Part shown: positions 40,448 through 53,152 of the stretch, piece by piece | Layout: the number at the start of each line of letters is the position of its first letter | How positions within the stretch are numbered: position 1 is the stretch's first letter | Source of the DNA: Octopus vulgaris | Taxonomy: Eukaryota | Assembly (NCBI GenBank): GCA_951406725.2 | Contig: OX597832.1 | Coordinates: 60,016,001-60,080,000, forward strand | Direction: 5' to 3' | Length of the DNA stretch: 64,000 nt | Made by a program: the position numbers and the translations under genes | The notes under the pieces: generated by a model | What the model was told of the DNA's origin: nothing | What the model saw: only the letters and a program-made list of their open reading frames with translations | The model's database searches: none

Positions 40448-40853
40448 GGCGAAGGAGTGGCTGTATAGTAAGTAGCTTGTTTACCAGCCGGGTTCAGTCC
40501 CACTGTGTGACACCTTGGGCAAGTGTCTTCTACTATAGCCTCGGGCCGACCAAAGCCTTGTGAGTGGATTTAGTAGACGGAAACTGAAAGAAGCCCGTCG
40601 TATATATGTATATACATATATATATATGTGTGTGTGTTTGCGTGTCTGTTTTTGTCCCCCTAGCATTGCTTGACAACCGATGCTGGTGTGTTTATGTCCC
40701 CGTTACATTAGCGGTACGTTATAAGAGACCGATAGAATAAGTACTGGGCTTACAAAAGAATAAGTCCCGGGGTCAAGTTGCGCGATTAAAGGCGGTGCTC
40801 CAGCATGGCCGCAGTCAAATGACTGAAACAAGTAAAAGAGTAAAGAGTAAAGA
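40448..40853 (+). mobile_element. SINE family A
   Basis: Full copy, head-to-head with the family E copy. Confidence 0.92.
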
Positions 40854-40879
40854 GAGATATATGATGAGACAAATAAAAG

Positions 40880-41058
40880 GAGAGTGACGCACATGGAGAC
40901 ACACTACATGCGCACTAAAATGTACTCGTATACATACGTGCTTATGCGTTTAGGAATCAATGAACGCAAGTTTGTACGTATACAGGAATGTATGAACATA
41001 TGTAATTAAGTGTTATGTGCATGCGAATGCCTATATATTTACAGATGCGTGTATATAT
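40880..41058 (+). repeat. Arm 1 of a ~180-bp near-perfect inverted duplication
   Basis: Reverse complement of 45399-45578, with about 4 differences. Confidence 0.9.
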
Positions 41059-42005
41059 GTTTATGGAAATGCATACAAATGTGCGTATGTGCATGAGTGT
41101 GTGTGTGAATGAAAATATGCTGTTTAAGGATTCCGGCATGCATATACGAATATATGAAGAAATATGCATATATTCGTGTGTATGATTGCAACATGTGAGC
41201 GTATATGCACACACGTGAACGCGTGTTGTGTCTGTGTTTGTATGCATGTATGTTTGTATGTATGTATGTATGTATGTATGTATGTATGTATGTATGTATG
41301 TATGTATGTATCAATGCATGTAGGTATATATGTATGTATGAACGAATGTGCCGTGTGTGTATACGTGTATGCATGTTCGCTTGTTTTTGAGAGTATGCCC
41401 GTGTATGTATGTATGCGTGTTAATGTGTTTGTGTATAAGTGTATGCATGCATGATTGCTTATGAGAGTATTCCTGTGTATGTACGTGTGTTAATGCGTGT
41501 GTGTACTTGTTTGTATATATGTGTGTATGTATGCATGCATGTATGTATGAGCAAATGTGTCCGTGTGTGTGTGTATACGTGTATGCATATGTGCTTGTTT
41601 ACGAAAGTGTGGCTGTGCATGTATGTGTGTTAACGCGTGTGTGTGTGTGTGGTTCTATGTTTATATGTATCTGTGCGTGTGCAGACAGATGTTCCGGGTT
41701 TATTAAAAGTAATAATTGACGAGGAATTCTATAGAATTGGCAAAGATGTCGAAGGAAACATGTGCAGAGGAGATAGAGAAAACGGTAAAAGAAGCAAAGA
41801 GAAAGAAACACAAACGGCAGACATCAAAAGAAGAAGAAGAAGAAGAAGGAAAAAAAAAGAGAAAGAAAACGTTAATTAGTCTAGAATGAATATACAATCG
41901 GTACCGAAGGTGATTATAAGTGATAGATGAAAGCGATGATACGGTGGGAAGTCTGTGATAAATTCTTGGTGAAGATGAAGAAGTGGAAGCGTAAAAGAGT
42001 TTGTA

Positions 42006-42200
42006 GGAATGTGGAGGTGAGGGGTGAGGGGTGAGGGGTGAGGGGAGTGTGTTGTGGGGTGGGTGGGCGTCGTTGGTTGTTGTCGCTGTCGGTTGCGGGG
42101 TGACGTGGGGGTGGAGGTTGGAGTTGGATGGGGGTTGGGGTTGGTGGGGTCGGGTCGGGGTGGGGTACGGTTAGTGGGGTGGGGCGGGGGAAGATAGGGT
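42006..42200 (+). other. G-run-rich tract with G-quadruplex potential, homologous to 39634-39790
   Basis: More than ten G3-G5 runs. Shares GAATGTGGAGG..GGGTGAGGGGAGT.TGTTGTGGG..TGTTGTCGCTGTCG.TTGC with the end of the minisatellite array. Confidence 0.65.
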
Positions 42201-42333
42201 GAGATGTCGTATACGGAAGTTGGGAGTTATACGAGGGTAAGAGGGGTTAAGTTTAAGATCTGAGATAAAGAGAATGAGCGTTTAATGGCATAGATTATCA
42301 CAGAAACTACTAACGCCACACGCACGCACACAC

Positions 42334-42377
<44 letters not shown>

Positions 42378-42833
42378 ATGCATATAGATACATACATGCA
42401 AACATACATGCATGCATACATAAATATACACAGACAGACAAACATGCACAAACACACACACATGCACACAGACTATCGCACATTTTAAGTTTGCGAAGGA
42501 AAGCGGGAGGAAGTGATATATGGCTATATATATGCGTATATTCATACATATATACAGCCATACATATATATATATGTATGTATATTTATGCATACAAAGT
42601 GGAAGAGACAGAAATAGACAACGAGCAGGTCTACGCAAGCTTGAACATTTTTCTGAACTTGTATGAACACCTGTATGTTTAAAGAGAAATCGTCTACCTG
42701 CAGAATTAACCACCGAATCGATTCAAGCCACATCCAAATGTCTTAAGAAATGGCGTTCATACAGTTCTAGATACGCGGCCAGCATAAACGTATGCGTACA
42801 TATATCTATATAATAATGTGTATATGTACACTG

Positions 42834-42875
<42 letters not shown>

Positions 42876-43124
42876 TACTCAAAAAGTGCGCCAGAAGGCC
42901 AATGACGTAAGCAAAGAATTTGGACAAGGCAGAGAAAGATTCCACATTCCATTCCTATGCACGACGCAGTTCGACATCCTTCAAAACACCGACGATGCTA
43001 GTCTGAGGAGTCTACACGCCGTAAAGAGAAAGTACATGGAATGGTGCGTGCGTGTGTGATTATGAGAGCATGTGTGAGTATATAGATAATTACATACGTA
43101 CATGCATACATACATACATATATT

Positions 43125-43350
43125 CTTTTATTCTTTTATTCTTATATTCTTTCACTTGTTTCAGTTCACTGCGGCCATGCTGGAAGCACTTCGTTAAAGT
43201 GTTTTTAGTCGAAAAAATTGACTCCAGGACGTATTCTTTGTAAGCCTAGTACTTATTGTATCGGTTCCTTCTGCCAAACTGCTAAGTTACAGGGACGCAA
43301 ACACGCCAGCATCAGTTGTCAAGCCATGATAGGGACCCAAACACACACAG
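43125..43350 (-). mobile_element. SINE family A, 3' half
   Basis: Tail and body up to the internal microsatellite. Confidence 0.8.
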
Positions 43351-43413
43351 ACACAGACAGACACACACACACACATACACATACACATATACACACACAC
43401 ACACGCGCGTAAA

Positions 43414-43464
<51 letters not shown>

Positions 43465-43468
43465 CGTA

Positions 43469-43701
43469 TAAGGCGGCGAGATGGCAAAACCGTTAGCTCG
43501 CCGGGCGAAATGCGTAGCCGTAATTCGTCTGCCGTTACGTTCTGAGTTCAAATCCCGCCGAGGTCGACTTTGCCTCTCATTTTTTCGGGGTCGATAAATT
43601 AAGTACCAGTTACGCACTGGGGTCGATGTAATCGACTTAATCCATTTGTCTGTCCTTGTTTGTCCCTTCTATGTTTAGCCCCTTGTGGGTAATAAAGAAA
43701 T
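43469..43701 (+). mobile_element. SINE family B, best-preserved copy
   Basis: Reads AAGGCGGCGAGATGGCAAAACCGTTAGC..GAGTTCAAATCCC..GAGGTCGACTTTGCC..TTTCGGGGTCGATAAATTAAGTACCAG, with (TA)n flanks. Confidence 0.92.
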
Positions 43702-43721
43702 ATATATATATACATATATTA

Positions 43722-44040
43722 TTTTATTCTTTTATATGTTTCAGTCCAATGACTGTGGCCATGCTGGAGCACCACTAGTGTAATCATCTTTCCACTTTCC
43801 ACCTTTGTCGGAGCGGCTTCTGGTGTAGGATGGAGTTCTATGCTACTGCCCTCTTTTGAGTTTCTTGCTTAGATATTGGCTCAGCCAGAGGTCAAGTTCA
43901 CGTTTGAAAACGTCTACATCCACTCCATGGAGGCTCCTCAGATGCTTCGGCAGACAGTTAAAAAGCTGTGGGCTCTTGAAAGCCAAGCTATTGCAGTACA
44001 TCGTCCTTGCCCGAGATGAAGCAGTCGGCACAGTGGGGAT
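43722..44040 (-). mobile_element. CR1-group LINE 3' end including 3' UTR and tail
   Basis: YCNSLAFKSPQLFNCLPKHLRSLHGVDVDVFKRELDLWL is homologous to 14100-14198. It continues into GGTGCTCCAGCATGGCCACAGTCATTGGACTGAAACATATAAAAGAATAAAA. Confidence 0.88.
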
Positions 44041-44142
44041 AGCACAGACTGGATGCTATATGTGTGTGTTTCAAGACGACCAATTTGCTGTTAACGATGA
44101 ACAATTATTAACTTCCCAGTCTTCATTTTATTCATATTTTAA

Positions 44143-44186
<44 letters not shown>

Positions 44187-44346
44187 ACACACGCGCGCGC
44201 ACATACACACACATGGAAGCAAAATTATGTGGAAATATTACAGTAAAACTATGTGGTAGAGAACGAAACTTTTTCAGTCAGCAATATGTGTGTGTTAGTG
44301 CGTGCGTGTGCGTGTGGTTTGCGTGTGGGTGCGTGTGCATGTGTTG

Positions 44347-44378
<32 letters not shown>

Positions 44379-44417
44379 CATACATATATATATATATATG
44401 TATATATATGTATATAC

Positions 44418-44463
<46 letters not shown>

Positions 44464-44899
44464 GTATGTATGCATGTATGTATGTATGTATGTATGTATG
44501 TATGTATGTATGTATGTATGTATGTATGTATGTATATACTCACAAACACACACACACCAACAGCTACATAGAATATATAGATATGTTGTAGTAAGAGAGA
44601 GTTGGAGAAGCTCTTGCAAATGACAGTCAGGATTTATTACGGACTGATAACGTGAGAGCCGCGCTTAATGGAGAAACACGAGGAGTTCCCCCAAAACTAA
44701 TTTTAACAACAGAGATCTTATCTAAAATGCCTTAATAAATTAAGTCGTACTTTAGAGTAACCTTCAGAAAATGACCCAAATTTTGAACGTAGCATGAAAG
44801 ATAAAGATACTTAATTAGTGCAGAATTTGTGTGGAAAAGAATGAGATTTTCTGTAAAAAGAATGTAAAAAGAATGTAAAAAGATTATGTGTTTTGTCTT

Positions 44900-45110
44900 T
44901 TGTTTGTTTCAGTCATAGGACTGCAGCCATGCTGGAGCAGCGCCTTGAGGGGATTTAGTTAAACAAATTGAACCTAGTATTTACTTTTTTCTTTTGAAAT
45001 TCGGTACTTATTCTATTGGTTCCTTGGGCCAAATCGCTAAGTTACAGATACGTAAATAAATCACCGCCAATTGTCAAGCCGTAGGTAGGCAACAAACACA
45101 AATACAAAAC
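44900..45110 (-). mobile_element. SINE family A, degenerate 3' half
   Basis: Contains GTTTCAGTCATAGGACTGCAGCCATGCTGGAGCA..CGCTAAGTTAC..TTGTCAAGC. Confidence 0.75.
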
Positions 45111-45239
45111 ACACACACCTACACATACACATTAATCCATTATATAAAATCCGTTCTGTCTGTCTGTGCATTTCGCCCGGCGTGCTAACATATCTACCAG
45201 CTCGCCACCTTATACACACACACAATCATATACATGTGA

Positions 45240-45294
<55 letters not shown>

Positions 45295-45398
45295 AATTTG
45301 CTATGATGATCCGGTTTCTGACTGAAGATTAAAGGCCTCGAACGACCTGTCTGTTTTCTGTGTTCGTCTCTTTATATATATTTTTTTATTCCTATATA

Positions 45399-45578
45399 TA
45401 TATATACACGCATCTGTAAATATATAGGCATTCGCATGCATATAACACTTAATTACATATGTTCATACATTCCTGTATACGTACAAACTTGAGTTCATTG
45501 ATTCCTAAACGCATAAGCACGTATGCATACGAGTACATTTTAATGCGCATGTAGTGTGTCTCCATGTGCGTCACTCTC
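45399..45578 (-). repeat. Arm 2 of the inverted duplication, embedded in (TA)n
   Basis: Reverse complement of 40880-41058, with (TA)n on both sides. Confidence 0.9.
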
Positions 45579-45620
<42 letters not shown>

Positions 45621-46284
45621 TATGTATGTATATAGGTGTGTGTGTATGTATATATATATAGAGAGAGAGAGGGAGGGGGAGATGGAGAGGGAGAGAGAGA
45701 GGGAGAGAGAGAGTGAGAGAAAGAATAGGACGGGTTTAGACCTCTGATGATCTAAACCAATAGGTATGCTGTGTGACTGTTGCAATTGGTAAGCCGTTAG
45801 CGTGGTGTGTATGTATATGTGTGTGTGTTTGTGTATGCATATACATAATTTACGTTTTCCGTTAATGTAAAAGCAACAACAAAAAATATTCCATCCGGTA
45901 GGAGATATGTATTCTCTGATGTATACAGTGTATAGCTATGAGCTACTAGTAAGTTTCGTACATTGGAGTTGTTTCCTAGGCAGGTTCAAATAAGAAGCTT
46001 AGTGTCTCCAAATAATCTTCAGGCTCTACGCACATGGCCTATACATGTTGCGATTCAGGACAATAGAATAAGTGAAATCAAAAGAATAAAACGAGAAGGT
46101 AAATGCAAAAGGTGGAAGTGTAAAAAAAAAACCAGAAAACGAAAGAGAAAGAAGAAATTAGAATTATGTCCGTTTAACCGTAATGCCATTAGGTTAGCTG
46201 GTGTAGAATCAACGGAAGAGGTCTAAAATCTGCGATATAGCTGCTCAGAGAGAGTTATGCCCCTGAGAGAGTTATGCGTCCAAA

Positions 46285-46455
46285 GAAACTTTTCCATGTT
46301 TGCATTTTCTGAAAATTTCTGATCTGGAATTCAACAGTATAGTGGAATTCTTGGATCTAAAAAGGATATTTCATCATTCAGCTACGCATAACTTGCATTT
46401 TTTAGAACCATTAACATAGGGCATGGATTTTTCTATGATTTTCCATTTGATCGAG
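46285..46455 (-). mobile_element. Penelope-like element, C-terminal end of the GIY-YIG region (pseudogenised)
   Basis: SIKWKIIEKSMPYVNGSKKCKLCVAE**NIL..LLNSRSEIFRKCKH matches the CxLC..E..LNxRxE..CxH pattern I recognise from Penelope-like ORFs. Confidence 0.7.
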
Positions 46456-46479
46456 TGCAGCGTGGAGTTGGTCTCCAAG

Positions 46480-46760
46480 CCCCAAACGTCTACAACACCG
46501 GGCAATAGACTGGGAATATTCTCAATCGTGGCAGCCGCGGAGTGAAGATTCTGATGAGGAAAGATCCGAACAAGGGAAACGTGATTGAAAACTTCAGACC
46601 CATAAACTCTCCTCAACACTGACTTAAAGATTTTAGCTAAGGTACTCACCAAGAGGCTGGCGCTTGTTGTTGGTAATGTAGCCGGGGTAGCGCAAACCTG
46701 TGCGATCCCCAGCAAGTTTATCCACGACAACTTCTGCCTCATGCAATATATCGTAAATAT
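46480..46760 (+). mobile_element. Tx1/L1-clade LINE reverse transcriptase N-terminal fragment
   Basis: RKDPNKGNVIENFRPI[frameshift]TLLNTDLKILAKVLTKRLALVV..AQTCAIPSKFIHDN. Confidence 0.85.
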
Positions 46761-46898
46761 GAGAAAGGAAACTAGATCATAACACTTCCCATTCCTTATG
46801 AAAGGCTGAGTAATCCGGGACTTTTGTTGTGGGGGTTTACTCCGAATCACCGTAAGTTGACTACCCCGCTTTTTGGGATTCCATTTATTAATTATTTA

Positions 46899-47135
46899 TT
46901 TACTCTTTTACTCTTTTACTTGTTTCAGTCATTTGACTGTGGCCATACTGCAGCACAGCCTTTAGTCGAGCAAATCTACCCCAGGACTTATTCTTTGTAA
47001 GCCTAGTACTTATCTTACCGGACTCTTTTGCCGAATCGCTAAGTTACAGGGACGTAAACACACCAGCATTGGTTTGGTTGTCAAGAGATGTTGGGAGGCG
47101 GGAACAAACACAGACACACAAACATACACACACAA

Positions 47136-47172
<37 letters not shown>

Positions 47173-47309
47173 CATATATACACCGGGCTTCTTTCAGTTT
47201 CCTTCTACCAAATCCACTCACAAAGCTTTGGTCGACTCGAGGCTGTAGTAGAAGACACTTACCCAAAGTGCCACGCAGTGGGACTGAACCCGGAACTATG
47301 TGGTTGGTA
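46899..47309 (-). mobile_element. SINE family A
   Basis: Tail, body, internal microsatellite and B-box part of the head. Confidence 0.9.
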
Positions 47310-47514
47310 ATTTCTGTTTGTATATCCTATTTTTTAAAACCCTCTAATGTTGTAGTGTCTCCCTATGATCGATGTAAACCCCGCCTGTTTTGTGTGTTGC
47401 ATTTCGTCCTCTGATATTGTCCTCCAAAATTGTTATCATCATCATCATCATCATCATTGTTATCGACTCATCCCCCCCCAAAGTTGCTGCTCTTCTGGCA
47501 AATTTGAAACCATA

Positions 47515-47636
<122 letters not shown>

Positions 47637-47810
47637 CCTTACGTTCTGAGTTCAAATACCGCCGAGGTCGACTTTGCCTTTCAACCTTCTCTATAATACG
47701 CACCATTGAAATACTGGGAGTGACGTAATCGACTGGCCCCACCCCCATCCCCGACTGATTCCCTCAAAAACTGCTCGCCCCCCTCTGCCAACATTAGAAC
47801 CCATTATTGT
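47637..47810 (+). mobile_element. SINE family B fragment
   Basis: Contains TTACGTTCTGAGTTCAAATACCGCCGAGGTCGACTTTGCCTTTCA. Confidence 0.75.
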
Positions 47811-48270
47811 TATACGTTAAAGCTGTCACTATTGTCATTAACGTCAATTCAGTGAAGGCTAACCGATTCAATGAGGTCAGCTCTGGTCGAACAAGTCTTT
47901 GATCAAAGCGCTCCATCCCTGCCGAGCCTGTCTCTGATGAAAGGTTTATTATATTCAGGATTAGAAATTGTCATCTTTTTTGTCTTGTTTTTAAGGCAGT
48001 ATGCTGTGATTTATACAGAATTTGGTCATTATTTTTCAAACAGGTCGAGCCTAGATACTCCCTCGATACATTGTTAGTTTTATATTTCACTAGTGAAAGC
48101 AATTTGCTATTTGGGTTAACAAATGGTTACCGTACATAAAGAAGCTACCTGTGTAACAGAAAGCAATGACACCATGTTTACGGAAAATGTTGTCGGAAGT
48201 AGGCCTAGAGGTCCCAGTCTATGAATATACACCGATACGCGTTCGCAAGTACGCAATAGAATAATAGGGT

Positions 48271-48505
48271 ATATTAAAGCTTATCTGTACAGTTCTTCTA
48301 TAGAATTTTAGAGCCAGATTTGAAGGTTATGACGTTTCGTATTTATAAACAATGCGATGGAAGATGGAAAGAAATACCTATTTTTACTCATTGTTTCTTT
48401 GTTTTTCTGGCTTCGATCGCACTGTTTACATAGACGTGTTCGCATACGAAACTTTCACTGCTGGCTCTCAATTTTATAGAAAATCTGTTTGAGATAAATT
48501 TTAAA
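48271..48505. repeat. Old MITE-like fold-back with ~100-bp degenerate arms
   Basis: TTCTATAGAATTTTAGAGCCAG pairs with CTGGCTCTCAATTTTATAGAA; TAAACAATGCGATGGAAG pairs with CTTCGATCGCACTGTTTA. Confidence 0.7.
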
Positions 48506-49672
48506 AAGAGAACATGGCACTGCTAACACACATTAATTGAGCCTGTTTTAAGTGGGGCCGCAAGAGAAAAGTGGAACATTCCATTCCTTGTCCGAAACGT
48601 TGCGAAGTGTAGCAAATGATTGTAGTCAAAACCCAGAAAGCCAAGGATCTCATGAATATTTAGAGGATCCTTATGTAAAAATAAATCCCTCAAAGCCTCC
48701 CGAATTGTTAGTTTCGCACCCTAATGCAAGCAATTTCGTTCCACTTTCCAAACTTCCTCTCAGACTCATTGATTATATTATATTTAGGGGAAAATCATTG
48801 AAAGCGACGAAAAAATTCGATTGTAAAATGAAGGACCTTAGTGATTTCTGAAAATGAATGATAGTGGGTAGAGCCCACTGGCAGGAACCCATAAGAGAAA
48901 GCAAAAGATAATATTTAATAAAGAGAAATCATTGTCGTTCGTTGAATGCCATTTATTTCGTATTGAAAGAGAAAACCAGAAGTAGTGTTTGACATTAGAG
49001 TCCCTAAATTATGACCAGTTAGTATATATCTTACTCGAATTTTGAAAGCAAATTAAATTCCTTCAAAACACACAGGCGACCCATTTTGGAATAAAGAATT
49101 ATGTATTTATTTATCTAATTATCCATTCAATTTTTTCTTTGTTTTCTGTCTTTTTTTCCTAAGAATGTAAACTTTACATTTTACATTTCTTTTTGCTGAA
49201 GGAATAGCAAAGAAAATTTCTAAATGATTAGCAATGGGCAGACGACAAGCAGATAAACAGATAAACACAATTAAATCTTAGCATTGAACTCATGGTAGAT
49301 TATTTACGTTCGGTTGGAAATCCAATTGAGTTGCTAATTGGCTACAGGCGAATTTTTTTAATGAGATTTATTCGGAGGAATTGTTGTAATGTTCTTCAAA
49401 CTGAAGTCTCATATGGCTAATTGTTGTCTAAGCAAGCCTCATGTGTATAAACTAATAATGGTCTATAAATTTTCCTCCTGATTAATACCAAGCAACAGTG
49501 ATCTGGTTCTTTTCCTTTTCTTCTCCAAAATCTGTTGCTGCCTCGCTCGACTCTCTTATATCAATCTCTCATATCTCGCTCCTAATTCAAGTATATTTAT
49601 CTACGTTGGTTTCTACCTACCTACATTTGTATGTATGTGTGTGTGTACATATCTATATCTTTCTATCTATCA

Positions 49673-49781
<109 letters not shown>

Positions 49782-49995
49782 TACGTATATACATACATAT
49801 ATAGATGTGTGTATGTATGTATGTGTGTGGGTATGTATATAAATACAATGAAAGAGAGAGATAGTGAGATATGTAATTTGTCCCACCTCTCTTTTACACA
49901 CTTCCATTATACTCTCTCACTTATTCTATGTGTGTTTGTATGTGTGTGTGTATATCTGTTTTCTTATTTGTATACATATACAAATGTATGTGTAT

Positions 49996-50074
<79 letters not shown>

Positions 50075-50099
50075 CACACGTACACACACATATACCACG

Positions 50100-50394
50100 T
50101 GATCACGAGATGGACCAGACATCAGCTGTTGCTATATATTACTGGTCACAATACGCTTGGCATCGTTTTAGTTTTCAAATGATGCCACCCAACTGTCTCG
50201 GCAAACAAGCCAACATTCCCTCCTTATGAGAAAACTTCTTCATTGCATAGTTACCCATTCGGAGCCGGTTGCACGGGTGCAACGAGAAATGGGGTGATTG
50301 GCTCAAGAACAAAATCTGCAGCACATCAGACAATCGAAACCTCGAACTTGTGATCGTGTGTGCAACGTCCTAACCATTAAGCCACATGTCTTCA
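50100..50394 (-). mobile_element. SINE family D, degenerate
   Basis: Minus-strand head GTGGCTTAATGGTTAGG..GGTTTCGATT; 3' part matches 9060-9110. Confidence 0.7.
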
Positions 50395-50410
50395 CACACA
50401 CACACACACA

Positions 50411-50454
<44 letters not shown>

Positions 50455-50565
50455 CTCTCTCCCTCTCTCTTTTTCTCATACACATGCATGCACACATACA
50501 TACACACATACATACATACATATATACATTCACACAGACACATAGACACACGGACACGCAAACAC

Positions 50566-50650
<85 letters not shown>

Positions 50651-50766
50651 CATATATATATATGCATATATACACATATATACATATATATATGTATATA
50701 TGGGTATATGTGTCTGTATATTTATATATATACATAAATACATATATACAATATATAGAGAGAGAT

Positions 50767-50819
<53 letters not shown>

Positions 50820-50828
50820 CAGATATAC

Positions 50829-50873
<45 letters not shown>

Positions 50874-50882
50874 GTATATCTG

Positions 50883-50987
<105 letters not shown>

Positions 50988-51077
50988 GTATATATATATA
51001 TATATACATATATATACATATATATATGTTTATATGTATGTATATATATATCTACAGATATACATATATGTATACAC

Positions 51078-51170
<93 letters not shown>

Positions 51171-52261
51171 CACACATGCATACATATCTGTTATAGCGTC
51201 TCTGTGAACTGAATTGTCTTCCGTTTCAATCCTCTGACACTTCTTCACCGTTGAGTGACATATTTGGATCAACATGGCACTCACACAGTCATATGATCTC
51301 TACTCGTTCTTTTCCTTCTGTCTCTTTGCTTTCAAATTTATGTTTTCCTTGAAATACAAATAATACTAATTTTGCCTTGGTCTGTCTGTATTGCTTTTCT
51401 TTTACATTTATTTTTTGATGATATGAACCTGTCATATATTTGATTACACATAAACATCGTTAAACAAGGTGGAAATATGGATAGAAATGGCTAAGTTAAT
51501 CTAGGCATGCGGTTGCTCGTGGGTGCTTGCTACTGATGAGGTTCAATGAAGTCGAAATCTTGATTTAACAATTTCATCGCTGTTGTTGGACGCTTTTCGT
51601 TTCCTGCTTACATACTCCGTGCTTTTTAGCACTAGGCGTCTATACGAGGAACCTTTTCGGGGCGAACACTGCAGTTTTGCGGTTTTCTACGATATAGCTA
51701 CGATAATTTAGATATTAGTTTGACAAGTATAGAGAGAAAGCTGTGGATTAAAATACGTGACAATATTCAGTTCCGTTTTCTTGTTTGTTTTTTTTTCCTT
51801 CTGTTCTGAGTTCAAATCTTGCCATTCAAACCTGATAATAACCTTATCTGGTGTAAACGTAATCGTTCTCAACATAAGACGAAGGTGAAGGTGAAGGTGA
51901 AGAAGAAGGGGAAGAAGAAGGTGAAGGTGAAGAAGAAAGGGAAGAAGAAGGTGAAGGTGAAGAAGAAGAAGAAGAAGAAGAAGAAGAAGAAGAAGAAGAA
52001 GAAGAAGATGATGATGATGATGACGACGACGACGACGACGAGGATGATGATGATGATGAAGATGATGATGCTGATGATGATGATGATGAAGATGATGATG
52101 CTGATGATGATGATGGTATGATGATGATGGTATGATGATGATGGTAGTGGTGGTGGTGATGATGACGAAGACGACTATGATGATGATGATGATGATGATG
52201 ATGACGATGATGATTATGATGACAATGATGACGGTGATGATGGTGACGACGTAAGCGACGT

Positions 52262-52440
52262 TGATAGTCAGTGTACCATTTCTCCGCATTCTGATGTCAA
52301 TTCCCTCCAAGGTCAACTTTGCCTTCCGACCTTTCGAACAGTTAAATGCTGGGATCGATGTAAATGACTATGCCCCTCCCCTCAAAATTGTTAGCCACAT
52401 GCCTAAATGAGAAACACTTGTGGTAATAAATAAATTTTTT
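52262..52440 (+). repeat. Copy 1 of a ~175-bp local direct duplication (degenerate SINE B plus flanks)
   Basis: Roughly 90% identical to 53404-53580, including idiosyncratic changes absent from the other B copies. Confidence 0.85.
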
Positions 52441-52478
52441 CCTCATTTTTGTTGTTGTTGTTCTTCTTCTTCTTCTTA

Positions 52479-52548
<70 letters not shown>

Positions 52549-53152
52549 CATTATTATATTACCTTCCTCTGTTGCCACGCTGGTGCGTCTTCACAGAACC
52601 CCCGCTACGAAAGGAATCTTTCTTGGAATATTTATCAAGTGTCATCCCATTCTTTGGCGGAAAACTCTTTCCGTTTGACATTTTTCAAGCTAGGTTTGGT
52701 TTTTGCTGCCAAGCATTCTATTTGCCTAATTAATTTCCTTGATTCAACACGATGACGTCAATGGTATCAGTGAGAAGTAAAATTGGCGGCAGGAATCTCG
52801 ATCATAAACATTTAGACGACACCCAATGGAACAAGAGATTTAAAAGAAAAAAGAAACGGACGATAAAACAAAGAGACAGAGATGATGCAGACATTAAAAA
52901 CAAACCAAAAACAAATGGGTAGAAAATGTTAAATAAATGTTAAATTGAGCAATACATATCACGTGAACAACCGTGGAATGCAGATTTGATGGAAAAATAG
53001 CATCAGTGAAAACGCTGCAGATATTTTCAGTAGTGCTGACAACAATTCTTTCGAGAGCAACGACAACAAAAACAACGATAAAAAACAAAAGAACATGTTT
53101 TCCTAAAGTAACGCATCACAGGAAGGAACTTGATAAGAGACAGTTTACCCGT

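Noticed and set aside
40880-45578. 4.7-kb DNA transposon bounded by 180-bp TIRs
   Set aside because: No TSD and no transposase remnant; the interior is ordinary SINE, LINE and microsatellite sequence. Retained only as an inverted duplication.
48552-48851. 99-aa ORF in unique sequence
   Set aside because: Non-ATG start and no recognisable motif; an exon cannot be excluded without RNA data, but nothing supports one.
49337-49352. 16-bp identity (ATTGGCTACAGGCGAA) with the SINE E target site at 40438-40453
   Set aside because: Roughly one chance 16-mer match is expected among all position pairs in 64 kb, and the flanks do not extend the match.
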